Virus record (IMG/VR): IMGVR_UViG_3300014031_000001
Coordinates: 54,653-118,652 of that record
Direction: 5' to 3' (one strand)
From: a virus
Lineage: Duplodnaviria; Caudoviricetes
DNA length: 64,000 nt
Below the pieces are notes generated by a model that was not told the origin of the DNA, did not search any database, and saw nothing but the letters and a program-made list of their open reading frames with translations. Below, piece after piece: positions 1-8,937 of the stretch. Position numbers and translations under genes: made by a program. Every line of letters begins with the position of its first letter. The first letter of the stretch is position 1.

Positions 1-4
1 CAGA

Positions 5-934
5 TCAGATCGTGCCGCCGACGGGGATCGGGTTCGGAACGTCGAGCTCGATCTTGGCGATCGACTTGATGTTTCCGAAGCCTTCGGCGATGTACTCCCA
101 GCTCTTCCAGAGGACCAGGTCGGCCTCCTTCTTGATCCAGAACTTGATGTCGTTCAGGATGAAGAAGTTTCCGAGGTAGCTCGGCTCCGTATAGGCCCAG
201 ACTTCGCCTGGGGCCACGATGTCGTGCTTGTTGGTGACAACCAACTTACGCTTCAGGATCGTCTGGTACTTGTAGCCGTCGACCGTGATCTCGGACGCCA
301 GGGGCGAGCCGATTTCAGTGGCGGGCTGGATCAACCAGTCATCCCAGTCGACGGTGTTCATCAGCACGGTGCCGACGGACAGCTCATCGTAGTCGATCAT
401 CTTGAAGAGACTGTTGATCTCTTTACGGTCGATCGCCGTCGCCGCGGAAACGAGGCGCTTGCCCGTGATGGACACGGCCGCTTCCGAGTACTCGATGAAC
501 TTCTCGTCTTCGACGCGCTGGATGTCCTTGACCGAGTTCTCTTCGATGACCTTGGTGATCGCGTAGTCGTAGGCGAGGAGCTCGCCTTCGGACTTCACGA
601 ACTTCTCGGACTCGACCTTGAAGAACGGCAGGGCGTAGCGCTTGCCTTGCAGGTAGCGCTCGTCGGCTTCGGAAGCGAAGTTGACGGGCATCGCCTTCGA
701 GTTGTGCTCGATGTCGACGATCTTGATCAGGGTGTCGTGGTTCGTCGCGCGGGTCAATTCGGCCCGGGTGACGTTCTCCGGTGGAAGGACCCGCCGGGCA
801 AACCCGATTTCACGGATCTTGCTACGGACGAAGGAGGCGCCGGCGGCGGCGGTCTTCTGGAGACCTTCGGTCGTATCCAACCGCTCAATGAAGAGGTTGT
901 TGAACGTTTGCGCGTCCAAATCGTTGTTATGCAT
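5..934 (-). CDS. Major capsid protein (probable HK97 fold) with N-terminal K-T-A candidate processing site
   Basis: 309 aa. Last gene of a protease/scaffold/decoration cluster. 'GLQKTAAAG...KIREIGFARRVLPP' N-arm-like segment. Call rests on size and synteny. Confidence 0.75.
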   Translation of the reverse strand: MHNNDLDAQTFNNLFIERLDTTEGLQKTAAAGASFVRSKIREIGFARRVLPPENVTRAELTRATNHDTLIKIVDIEHNSKAMPVNFASEADERYLQGKRYALPFFKVESEKFVKSEGELLAYDYAITKVIEENSVKDIQRVEDEKFIEYSEAAVSITGKRLVSAATAIDRKEINSLFKMIDYDELSVGTVLMNTVDWDDWLIQPATEIGSPLASEITVDGYKYQTILKRKLVVTNKHDIVAPGEVWAYTEPSYLGNFFILNDIKFWIKKEADLVLWKSWEYIAEGFGNIKSIAKIELDVPNPIPVGGTI

Positions 935-1012
935 CTAGTGCATTCTCCTGCGATGTTTTTTATGTGGCTTTTAGAAACGGGGAGCGTCGAGCCTTGATCA
1001 GGTCACTGCGAC

Positions 1013-1492
1013 TTAGGCGTTGGCCATTTCGCAGATCAGGTAGCCGGTGCCGACGGTCTGGACGACCGCAACGCAGGCTTCGGCGCTGACGACGGGCGCA
1101 AGCCACGCCTGGCCAGTGCCGCCGGACTTCGCCGCCAGCTTCACGCCAGGCGTGTAGGATCCCGCAGGGTCGTACACGGTGGTCTTGAAGATGACGCCAG
1201 GTCCCATGATCAAAGTGACAGCGCCCGTCGCATGGACGTCGAAACGGTCCGTGCCACAAAACACCGGGTAGGAGTTACGAACGCCAGTCGCGCCGGGGCG
1301 CTGAACTTTGTCGTCCGAGTTGAGAACGGCCCACTCGCCCTTGAGGAGCGTCGTGGTGTTCAGGTCAACGAGCTTCTTGTCGACGCGGTGCATGCTTTCC
1401 AAGCCGCGAAGGACTTGGAACGCATCGTCGTCGAGGGTCAGATCGGCCGTGACCGGTGCGACCCGGGTAGGATCGATTGCATTGAGCGACAT
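1013..1492 (-). CDS. Capsid decoration/cement protein
   Basis: 159 aa, beta-rich, immediately upstream of the capsid gene. Confidence 0.55.
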   Translation of the reverse strand: MSLNAIDPTRVAPVTADLTLDDDAFQVLRGLESMHRVDKKLVDLNTTTLLKGEWAVLNSDDKVQRPGATGVRNSYPVFCGTDRFDVHATGAVTLIMGPGVIFKTTVYDPAGSYTPGVKLAAKSGGTGQAWLAPVVSAEACVAVVQTVGTGYLICEMANA

Positions 1493-1512
1493 CTCTTGCC
1501 TCCAGACAATGT

Positions 1513-2373
1513 TTAAACTTCATCCCCAAGGATAGCGGCCTGGAATTCTTCTGAGGCGTTAAGCGTGCGCGAGTCGAGTCTAGCTGCGACCTCACCAAGC
1601 TTCGTCGTACCACCTGTCAATTCCAGCGCCTTCTCGACAATCACAAGGTCTTGGTTGATCAGCGTTGCGAGTTTTTCCTCGAATTCGCCGAAAGAACGCG
1701 GCATCTCGCTTAGCCCCATCTCCACCTGGCGGTAGAGCAGTCGCGTAGCGTGAGCCCGCTTCCTGTGCCCCTTGTTCTCCGAGTGGAGATGAAGCATTGC
1801 AGAAGCAACTTTTTCGCGAAGCTGTCGATCGGCCATTCCGACCTCAGCAGACGCATCTTTTTCCATAGGGTTCTGTCCCCGAGTATGTCGGAAGTCCCGA
1901 ACCTTTTCTAAACCTTTTTCTAGACCATACCCGATAATAAACGGTTCGCTGACATCCCGCAATTTCGTAAGCGGTGCCAAGGCCGAAGCGCGTTCAACAT
2001 CTTTGTGGAGCTTGTCGCCCCAGGGGAGCTTCTCGGTCGTGCGAAAGAGCTTCTTGCCGACCAGCGGGATCTTCGAGAGAACGTGCCCCGCGCCGATGTC
2101 AGCCATCAGCGCCGGCTTGCTTACGTACTTCCACAGGGCGTCGTCGACCTTGCCCTTGCCGAGCAGCTTTTCGGCGGCCCAAATAGCAGGAGTTGCCAGC
2201 AGCGAGTCAGGCCCGCCGCTGTGGGTCGCCTGGTGCTTGTAGCCGGCCAGCGCCTTCATGTGGTCGGGGTCGCCGACCGCCTTGGCGAAAAACTTGGGCA
2301 CGTGCTCGGCGGCCTGCGCCACCTGGTGGCCAAGGCCCTTGAGTAGGGCGGTCTTGGAGGACTCTTTCTGCAC
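1513..2373 (-). CDS. Head scaffold/internal head protein with KxA motifs
   Basis: 286 aa with SKTA, EKDA, EKVA. Helical C-terminus. Lies in the head operon. Confidence 0.5.
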   Translation of the reverse strand: MQKESSKTALLKGLGHQVAQAAEHVPKFFAKAVGDPDHMKALAGYKHQATHSGGPDSLLATPAIWAAEKLLGKGKVDDALWKYVSKPALMADIGAGHVLSKIPLVGKKLFRTTEKLPWGDKLHKDVERASALAPLTKLRDVSEPFIIGYGLEKGLEKVRDFRHTRGQNPMEKDASAEVGMADRQLREKVASAMLHLHSENKGHRKRAHATRLLYRQVEMGLSEMPRSFGEFEEKLATLINQDLVIVEKALELTGGTTKLGEVAARLDSRTLNASEEFQAAILGDEV

Positions 2374-2382
2374 GATCCCTCG

Positions 2383-2931
2383 TTATTCGCCCGACTGGCC
2401 GCGGCGGTAGCCTTCGACAAAGCCCAAGGCGGCGCCTTCGCGGCGGCCCTCGTCTTTGCCCTTCTTCTTACCGCGCGAGTGCCCGACGGCACCTGCCGTC
2501 AGAAGGCCGGCGGCGCCGCCGGCGAGCCAGGGGGCAGCGCGCGCGAGGTTGGACTTCTGAGCGCCGGCCGTCTTGTCGAATTGGGCCTGGATCGCCTCGT
2601 CCGAATGCCCGGCGGCGCGCGCCTTCTCTTCAAACTGCGCCATCTTTACGAGCAGCGGCAGGTTGGCCAGCGTGTCGTTGATGGCCGTCGCCCAGGCGAC
2701 CTTCTCGCTTAGGGTCTCGAGGGCGTCGTCGCCGGCGGGGTCCGCCAAGTCGGGGGCTGCGACCTTCGCGGTGCCAAGAGGTGTACGAATCTGCTCGGCA
2801 AGCTTGAAGATGTCGTCATCGGCGAACTCGGGCTTCGCTCTTTGGGCCGCGGCCGTCTTGCTGTGGCCGCCGGCGCGCGTTTCCACAAGCAGGTCAGCTT
2901 CCGCGAGGAGCTGCTCCAGCGTCTGTGCCAT
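2383..2931 (-). CDS. Internal head protein (KxA repeats, C-terminal Gly/Ala hydrophobic segment)
   Basis: SKTA, FKLA, AKVA, EKVA, VKMA, DKTA, then 'WLAGGAAGLLTAGAVG' followed by basic residues. Confidence 0.55.
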   Translation of the reverse strand: MAQTLEQLLAEADLLVETRAGGHSKTAAAQRAKPEFADDDIFKLAEQIRTPLGTAKVAAPDLADPAGDDALETLSEKVAWATAINDTLANLPLLVKMAQFEEKARAAGHSDEAIQAQFDKTAGAQKSNLARAAPWLAGGAAGLLTAGAVGHSRGKKKGKDEGRREGAALGFVEGYRRGQSGE

Positions 2932-2949
2932 GTCGTCCTCGATGGTGGG

Positions 2950-2982
2950 GGAAGAAAGGCCGGGACCGCACGGTCCCGGCCA
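2950..2982 (-). terminator. Probable intrinsic terminator hairpin
   Basis: ggccgggaccg-ca-cggtcccggcc followed by TTTCTT on the minus strand. Confidence 0.5.
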
Positions 2983-2991
2983 GGCGAGAAC

Positions 2992-3732
2992 TTAGTCTTC
3001 TTTTTTGCCGAAGTAGCGGCTGGCACCGTAGCCAGCACCGCCGGCCGCGGCGACGCCGCCTGCGACGGGGGCCATCTTCTTGGCGCCCGAAGCCGCCAAG
3101 GCGAGCCGCGAGCCGCGGTCCATCTTGCCGACCATGTGCTCAGTGTTGCCGGTCACGGCGCGGCCGACTTCCTTGGCACCGGTGCCGGCCCTCGAGACCG
3201 CGCCGCGAACGGCGTCGCCGGCGCGCTGCGCGCCCTGGCGGGTTGCCGCGAACGCATCAGCGCCGTGCGCCTTCACCCGGTTTTTCGCTTGGCCGAGGGC
3301 GTTGCGGAAAACCTTGAGGGCCGAGTCGGCGCCAGCCGCCGCGACCTTCTGCTCGAGGTAGGGGTAGAGGTAGTGAAGCTGGTCGCCATGCTCCGAGGCG
3401 CCCTTCTCCATCAGGGAGTCGAGCGTGCCGCGCGCGATGAGCTTGCCGAGCTCGGAGGCGCTTTTTTCGGACTCGGGGTCCATCTTGCCTTCGTGCTCTT
3501 CTTTTTCTTCGTGCTCTTCCTTGTCCTTGGCGGCGAAGGGGTTTTCCTTCTTCTCGTCTTCGGAGGCGGTCTTGTTGAGCTGGTCGACGATCGCCGTGGC
3601 GATGACGTCGTAGCCCTGCTGGTACATTTCGTTGGCAAGGGCAACGCGCTCGGCAGCAATTTTTTCCACATCATCGCCGAAGTTCGTCTTAACGAGACGT
3701 TGATCTTCGGGCGACAGGTCTTGAAAACGCAT
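2992..3732 (-). CDS. Internal head protein (KxA repeats, C-terminal Gly/Ala hydrophobic segment)
   Basis: EKIA, NKTA, EKSA, EKGA, QKVA. Ends 'APVAGGVAAAGGAGYGASRYFGKKED'. Confidence 0.55.
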   Translation of the reverse strand: MRFQDLSPEDQRLVKTNFGDDVEKIAAERVALANEMYQQGYDVIATAIVDQLNKTASEDEKKENPFAAKDKEEHEEKEEHEGKMDPESEKSASELGKLIARGTLDSLMEKGASEHGDQLHYLYPYLEQKVAAAGADSALKVFRNALGQAKNRVKAHGADAFAATRQGAQRAGDAVRGAVSRAGTGAKEVGRAVTGNTEHMVGKMDRGSRLALAASGAKKMAPVAGGVAAAGGAGYGASRYFGKKED

Positions 3733-3796
3733 GACTATCTCCCAGGATAATTAGTGGTTCGTGACAGAGGCTCTCAGAGAAGCGGCACCGCGCAGC

Positions 3797-4363
3797 TTAC
3801 CTGGTAAGCTGGCTCAGGATCATGTGCTTACGGACCGCGGCGGCCGTCTTCTGGCTCGAGACCGGGGTCGACTCGTAGTGGCCGACGGTCCGGCTGTCGT
3901 TGAGCTTCTTCACTTCGTCCGTGTACTCGGGCGTCGTGTCGATGGCCTGGCCGCCTTGGCCGGCGTAGTTGCTCGGCTGGGACTGCTCAGGGCGCGTGTC
4001 GCTGTGAACGTTGCCCTTGCCCATCTTGGCGACGGGGCCGAGCACTTCGGAGGCGATCTTGTCCATCGCTTGATCGAAGTAGTAGCCGAAGTAGTCGTGG
4101 GCGCGGGCGCCTAGAGCTTCCTGGTAGCTCGCCACTTTGTCTTCTTCGGCGCTTTTTTCGGTGCCGAAGGTGTCGTCGCCGCCGAAGAACTCGCCGTAGA
4201 GCCCCTCCAGGCTGCCAGCGGTCTTTTCCGTACCGACGTCATCGGTCAGGCCGATTTCGGTCGCCAACGTCTCGAGCGCCGGATCATAGGTCTCCGTCTG
4301 GCTCGCCACTTTGGTTTCGCCGAGCAGGTCCATGTCATCCATCAATTCTTGCAACGTAGGCAT
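3797..4363 (-). CDS. Acidic scaffold-like head protein with KxA repeats
   Basis: 188 aa, acidic. TKVA, EKTA, EKSA, DKVA, DKIA, QKTA. Strong RBS (ggagggg). Confidence 0.55.
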   Translation of the reverse strand: MPTLQELMDDMDLLGETKVASQTETYDPALETLATEIGLTDDVGTEKTAGSLEGLYGEFFGGDDTFGTEKSAEEDKVASYQEALGARAHDYFGYYFDQAMDKIASEVLGPVAKMGKGNVHSDTRPEQSQPSNYAGQGGQAIDTTPEYTDEVKKLNDSRTVGHYESTPVSSQKTAAAVRKHMILSQLTR

Positions 4364-4387
4364 TCGTTCCCCTCCGAAAAGTTGAGT

Positions 4388-7300
4388 TTAGGCCTGCGGC
4401 ACACGCGGTGCCGACGGACCTTTGTTTCTTTCGACCAGCTTCTGACCTGCTGCGAGGACAGCCTGATCAAACAAACCACCGACAATCTTGCCGGGGAGTG
4501 CCGACGATCCGCGCGCGAAGGCCAGCGGCCACACGAGCGCCTGCGTCAACACGTCCTCGACCGCTGCCACCTTGGTCAGGGAGGAGGAGCTTGCCCACCG
4601 CTTGGCAAGGTCGACGCCTTTGCTGCCCATCGTGCGCAGCGCGGGGCCGACCTTCTGCAGGTGCGGGTGTGTTCCCTTCCCTCTCAAGTGCAGCATTGCA
4701 TCGGCAATCAGAGCACCGCTAACGACGTCGGGGTTCAAACGGAAAAACCGCTTGAGTTGGCCCTCTTCTTCGTTGGGGTTGAGCTCTCGATGCTTCTGCA
4801 ACATCCCTGAACCTACATAAGCCCCGACAGGGCCTATAATCAGCCGATTCATCAAAGGTGAGCTTGGAAACGCCACCTTATACATCGGCTTTTGCTTATG
4901 CTCTTCGATCCGGTCGTAGACGTCTTTGTTGGTGTCGGGGCTCTCGACGCCGGGCTGCGCGTACTGCCCTTTCGCCTTGTCGCCCACGATTTTATTGAAA
5001 ATAGCCGCAAGGCCGATGCCAAGCGCGGCCGCAAGCGGCGCGTGCTCTCCAACGACTTTATCGATACCGGACAGCGCCTCGCGCGGACCGCTCTTTGCTG
5101 CTGCGGCGTAAAGGCCAGCAGCAAGCATCATCATTGGCAATAGACCTATGGGTTTTCTTTCCCGTTCATTATTGTCCGCGGCGAGCTTTTCCTCAAGCGC
5201 CTTGGCGTTCGTGGCGTTGATGAATGTCGGCAGAGGCTGGCGCGCGCCGCCCTCTTTGATCAGAATAAAAAGCCGCTTGCCAAGCGGCGGGGCGAGGTAG
5301 CTGCGATCGGCCAGAAACGGCTGCAGCAGCGAGAAGATCGATGGGTCAAAGCGCCGGTAGTCCATACCGACAGCTTGCGTCTGTGCCAGCGTCGGCTCGT
5401 CGACCAGCCCGGGGTCAAAGCAGCAGCCCATCTGGTCGAGCTGATCGGCCAGGCCGGGGCGCCCCATCTTGCGCAGGACGATCCTCTGAAACTCTTGGGG
5501 TTTCAAAAGCATGCCGCTCAGGGCGGTCGTGGACAGCAGCTCCGGCAGAGGCGCGCGCGCCAGCTGGTCCAAGGTCTGGCGCGGCAGGGAGGGCTCGTAG
5601 GACTTCACCTCGCGGATGCCGTCGGCCAGATCCTTCAGCGCCTCCTGGCTGAAAGGCGGCTCGTCGGCCGGGATCTCTTTTTCGATCGTCGCGGCCTTGT
5701 CGGCCACCGCCATCTTCTCGGCCAAAAGCGCGGAACTCGGCACGATGACGCCCCCGGGGGTCGAGGTGTGCGCCACCTTCATCAAAGTCTTGGCGATGCG
5801 GTCGGCGCCGATGAAGACGATGCTGATATCGTGAAAGCGCGGGAACGTGTTGAGGACGTAGACGACCTTGTTGTACTTCGGGTGCCAGCGGCCAAGGTAG
5901 TAGCGGGCGCACTCGCAGTACTGCTTTCTCGTCGGCGCTTTGTTGCCGCAGCAGTTACAGACGTCGTAGGGGACGCGGCAGTTGTGCAGCGCGACGCCGT
6001 TGACCACGTACGAGTCGCTGTCGTAGGTTTCCGACCTAATGGCGACGTTGTAGACCGGCTCGTCGCAGACCTCGGTGCTGATCGCCACGATGGGGGACCA
6101 AAGATGTCCGTCGTAGATAAAGCGGTGGTTTTTCACCATTTTATTGGGGCCAGCGAGCTTGCGCGTTTTAAACGAGTAGCCCTTGAGCGCCGGCGCGGTG
6201 TCGCGCCCGACCCAAATCTGGTACTCGACCGTGTCCTTAAAGACCGCGGTCGAGGGCTTGTGCAAGTTGACGTTCATGGACGAGATGCAGCCTAGGCGCA
6301 GCAGCACCATCTGCACCTGGCCAGCCAAGTGGCGGTTGCACGTCGAGAAGTAGACGGCGTCCTTGTAAACGCCCCCGTCGCCGTCACAGTAGGCGCCAAG
6401 CAGAATCTTCTGGGACTCAACGTCCCAGCGCATAGCGGTCGCCGACAGCCGTTTCGTGCCGGCACCCCGCCCGGCGTGAGTGTCCACGTAGCGCGCGAGC
6501 GCTTTGTCGTAGATGTTGATCCTGGCGGCGTTGGTACTGTTGGTGCGGGGCGTCCACTTGATGCTCACGTCGGGAAAGTACGACGCCAGCTTATCGAGCA
6601 GCTGGCCCTCCGCCGCATTGACGTTAAGCTCGATATAGCCATCGGCGGTGATGTGCCCTTCAGCCAGGTAAAGGCCGAGAAGGTACGCCATCCTAGGCTC
6701 GGGTACTTCGCTGATCCCTTGAATCACCGGGGTGGCCACGTAGTCGCCCAGCTCAAGCTCGGCCGCGGGCTTCCACACCTTGGCGTACTGCCGCGCTTCT
6801 TCTGGGCAGGCGACGCAGCCCTTTTTTTGGCCCCTGTTTGGCAGGCACAGGTTGATACGCCGGCTTTTGTTGTTCGGATTACCCGAGCACTCCGTCTCCT
6901 TGGCGGGGATGACAAGCCACGGGTGCTCTTCCGTCGTGGGCTCGAGCTCGGCACTGTGCATGCCTAACACGGTGACGTGGTACCACGTGCCCTTGTGGTG
7001 GTGGCTGTGGGGGTAGTCGACCTCAGAAATCCCACCGAGGCCGTTAACCACGCGGTCGCCAGGTTGCAGCTCGGACACAGCCCTCGACGTGAAGTCTTCC
7101 AGAAGCACCGGAGCGTCGGCGCGTAAGCAGCCCATCGACCAATCTGGATACTCGCCGTGCTCGATCTTTTTCACGACGTCGAGCGAGCCGGCGTTGTCCA
7201 AAAGGACGATCAGCTCGACCCGGTGATAGGTCGGGTTGTAGACGGCGAGCGCGACGGTGCCGAAGCTCGCGGTCGGGTCCTTGTTGACGTGGTGCTTGTA

Positions 7301-7591
7301 GATTTTGGCGTTGGTCTCGAACGTGCGAAAGCCGTACTGGGGGCCGTCAAAGGCCAGGCCCGCCTCGGTGAAGTAGTCGCCATTGACGTTGTGGCCCCAC
7401 CACTCTCCGGCGCCAAGTGCGGTGATCAGTAGCTGCGTCTTGCCCTTGATGGGCTTGGCGGCGTGGATGTAGGCGGCGATCGTCGGGTGATACTCGGCAG
7501 CCGTCTTCTCCAGAAAACGATGCTCGGCGTCGATCACGTAGGTGAAGACGCCGCGGTCGGTCTTGCCGGGGAAAAGAAGGAGCTTATCCAT
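4388..7591 (-). CDS. Putative prohead maturation protease with intein and long C-terminal extension
   Basis: Spliced extein reads 'YKHHVN...DWSMG|CRVPYDVCNCCG...YCEC', a His...SMG serine-protease-like motif plus a Cys cluster. Located upstream of scaffold/capsid genes. Confidence 0.65.
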   Translation of the reverse strand: MDKLLLFPGKTDRGVFTYVIDAEHRFLEKTAAEYHPTIAAYIHAAKPIKGKTQLLITALGAGEWWGHNVNGDYFTEAGLAFDGPQYGFRTFETNAKIYKHHVNKDPTASFGTVALAVYNPTYHRVELIVLLDNAGSLDVVKKIEHGEYPDWSMGCLRADAPVLLEDFTSRAVSELQPGDRVVNGLGGISEVDYPHSHHHKGTWYHVTVLGMHSAELEPTTEEHPWLVIPAKETECSGNPNNKSRRINLCLPNRGQKKGCVACPEEARQYAKVWKPAAELELGDYVATPVIQGISEVPEPRMAYLLGLYLAEGHITADGYIELNVNAAEGQLLDKLASYFPDVSIKWTPRTNSTNAARINIYDKALARYVDTHAGRGAGTKRLSATAMRWDVESQKILLGAYCDGDGGVYKDAVYFSTCNRHLAGQVQMVLLRLGCISSMNVNLHKPSTAVFKDTVEYQIWVGRDTAPALKGYSFKTRKLAGPNKMVKNHRFIYDGHLWSPIVAISTEVCDEPVYNVAIRSETYDSDSYVVNGVALHNCRVPYDVCNCCGNKAPTRKQYCECARYYLGRWHPKYNKVVYVLNTFPRFHDISIVFIGADRIAKTLMKVAHTSTPGGVIVPSSALLAEKMAVADKAATIEKEIPADEPPFSQEALKDLADGIREVKSYEPSLPRQTLDQLARAPLPELLSTTALSGMLLKPQEFQRIVLRKMGRPGLADQLDQMGCCFDPGLVDEPTLAQTQAVGMDYRRFDPSIFSLLQPFLADRSYLAPPLGKRLFILIKEGGARQPLPTFINATNAKALEEKLAADNNERERKPIGLLPMMMLAAGLYAAAAKSGPREALSGIDKVVGEHAPLAAALGIGLAAIFNKIVGDKAKGQYAQPGVESPDTNKDVYDRIEEHKQKPMYKVAFPSSPLMNRLIIGPVGAYVGSGMLQKHRELNPNEEEGQLKRFFRLNPDVVSGALIADAMLHLRGKGTHPHLQKVGPALRTMGSKGVDLAKRWASSSSLTKVAAVEDVLTQALVWPLAFARGSSALPGKIVGGLFDQAVLAAGQKLVERNKGPSAPRVPQA
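5981..7129 (-). mobile_element. Intein (383 aa) with LAGLIDADG homing endonuclease in the protease
   Basis: Starts CLRADAPV, block B TEEHPW, LAGLIDADG motifs LLGLYLAEG and LLGAYCDGDG, ends VALHN, +1 Cys. Confidence 0.92.
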
Positions 7592-7604
7592 GCGTCTGTG
7601 CTCG

Positions 7605-8717
7605 TTACGGCCTAGGGTGGAGGCTCGGCATAATTTCGCGGTTGAACTGCTTCACGTTTTCCACGAGGTGGCCGCCAAGCCCCATGGAGGCGGCGCCCGA
7701 CGTGAAGCCTGCCATGAACGGCGACGGTCCGCCGGCCTGGCCGATGTTGCGCTCGATGTCGGTGAGGTCGCGCACGTCGGCCGTCTGGATGCCCATGTCG
7801 TAGGAGACGATCTTCTCCATGAAGGCGCGCGCCGCGTTGGGCTCGGTCGCCACGTGGGGGGCGAAGTGCACGAGGCTTTGGAAGGCCTGGAGTGCCTTGG
7901 CACGGTCGTTGTGCAGCGGCGACGTGTCGGGGTTGGCCATCTTCATGGCGGCCTCGAAGGTCTCCCGGTGGCGCTTCGCCATCGCCTCGGCGTTGCGGCC
8001 AGACATGGCGACGTTGAAGGCGCCGGCGCCGGCGGCGACCATCAGCGGGATGGCCGCGACGGTAAGGTGGGCGCCGAGCATGCGCTTGGTGGCGGCACCC
8101 ACCTGGGCGACGCTGGCGGCTTCCTTCACCATGGTGAGCGCGTCGGCGTACATCTCGCCTAGGCGGCAGGCGGCGGTGACGTTGACCACGGCCGACGCCA
8201 TCTTCTCACGGCCGAGGGCGGCCTTGAGCTTGGGGTCGGCGTAGCTCGCCTGCATCATCGCCAGCGACATGACGTCTTGGTCGGTAAAGCCGCCGTGCAG
8301 CTTCGCCTTCACCAGGCGCATCGAGAGGGCGCGATTGGCGGCGACCAGCGGGGCGAGCTCGGCCAGCTCGACAAAACGCGCCTGGGCCTTGTCCTTGTCC
8401 ATGGCGAAATCCGCGTGGCCAAGGATGTGATCGCGGTTTTCGGTGATGGCCTTCATGGTGCCGGTGACCAGCATCCGCTGCTTCACCTTGTCTTCGGCAT
8501 GCTCGAAGAGAGCGCCGGCGCCGAGGCCGGCAAAGCTACCCGCCAAGGAGCCGGCGGCGTTGCCGAAGAACTGCTCGCCCTTTGCCAGGAAGGCGTCGAC
8601 CTTTGCGGGGTCCATCGCCGTCTTCAAGATCTCGCCGCAGTCGGCGTAGATCTTGATCATGGCGCGCTCGCTGATGATGCCGTCAGCCGCCAACTTCTCG
8701 ACCCAGGAAATCTGCAT
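7605..8717 (-). CDS. Internal virion protein with KxA motifs and hydrophobic segments
   Basis: Start reassigned to ATG 8717 (RBS gaggagagg). Begins MQISWVEKLAA; also LKTA, EKMA, VKEA. Two Gly/Ala hydrophobic stretches. Confidence 0.55.
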   Translation of the reverse strand: MQISWVEKLAADGIISERAMIKIYADCGEILKTAMDPAKVDAFLAKGEQFFGNAAGSLAGSFAGLGAGALFEHAEDKVKQRMLVTGTMKAITENRDHILGHADFAMDKDKAQARFVELAELAPLVAANRALSMRLVKAKLHGGFTDQDVMSLAMMQASYADPKLKAALGREKMASAVVNVTAACRLGEMYADALTMVKEAASVAQVGAATKRMLGAHLTVAAIPLMVAAGAGAFNVAMSGRNAEAMAKRHRETFEAAMKMANPDTSPLHNDRAKALQAFQSLVHFAPHVATEPNAARAFMEKIVSYDMGIQTADVRDLTDIERNIGQAGGPSPFMAGFTSGAASMGLGGHLVENVKQFNREIMPSLHPRP

Positions 8718-8727
8718 CAGCCTCTCC

Positions 8728-8937
8728 TCAGAACGTCTGCATTGGCCGCGCGGCGCGGGCCATGTTGTAGTAGAGGCCCTTGTTTTCGGTACCAGCTTTG
8801 GCGCCCTTGGCGGCGGCGCCGAGCATGTCGGCGCCCGTGCCGATCGCACCGAGAGAGCCCACGACCTTGCCGAGGACGGTGCCGGCCGTGCCGAGCACGC
8901 CCGCCCTCTTTGAGAACCCCGCCCAAAATGGCGTCAT
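8728..8937 (-). CDS. Small protein with FWxGFxKxA leader
   Basis: MTPFWAGFSKRA then a Gly-zipper-like helix. Start overlaps the upstream stop codon (TGATG). Confidence 0.7.
   Translation of the reverse strand: MTPFWAGFSKRAGVLGTAGTVLGKVVGSLGAIGTGADMLGAAAKGAKAGTENKGLYYNMARAARPMQTF

Noticed and set aside
5-934. Encapsulin nanocompartment operon
   Set aside because: The shell size is similar, but portal, terminase, protease and tail genes show it is a phage capsid.
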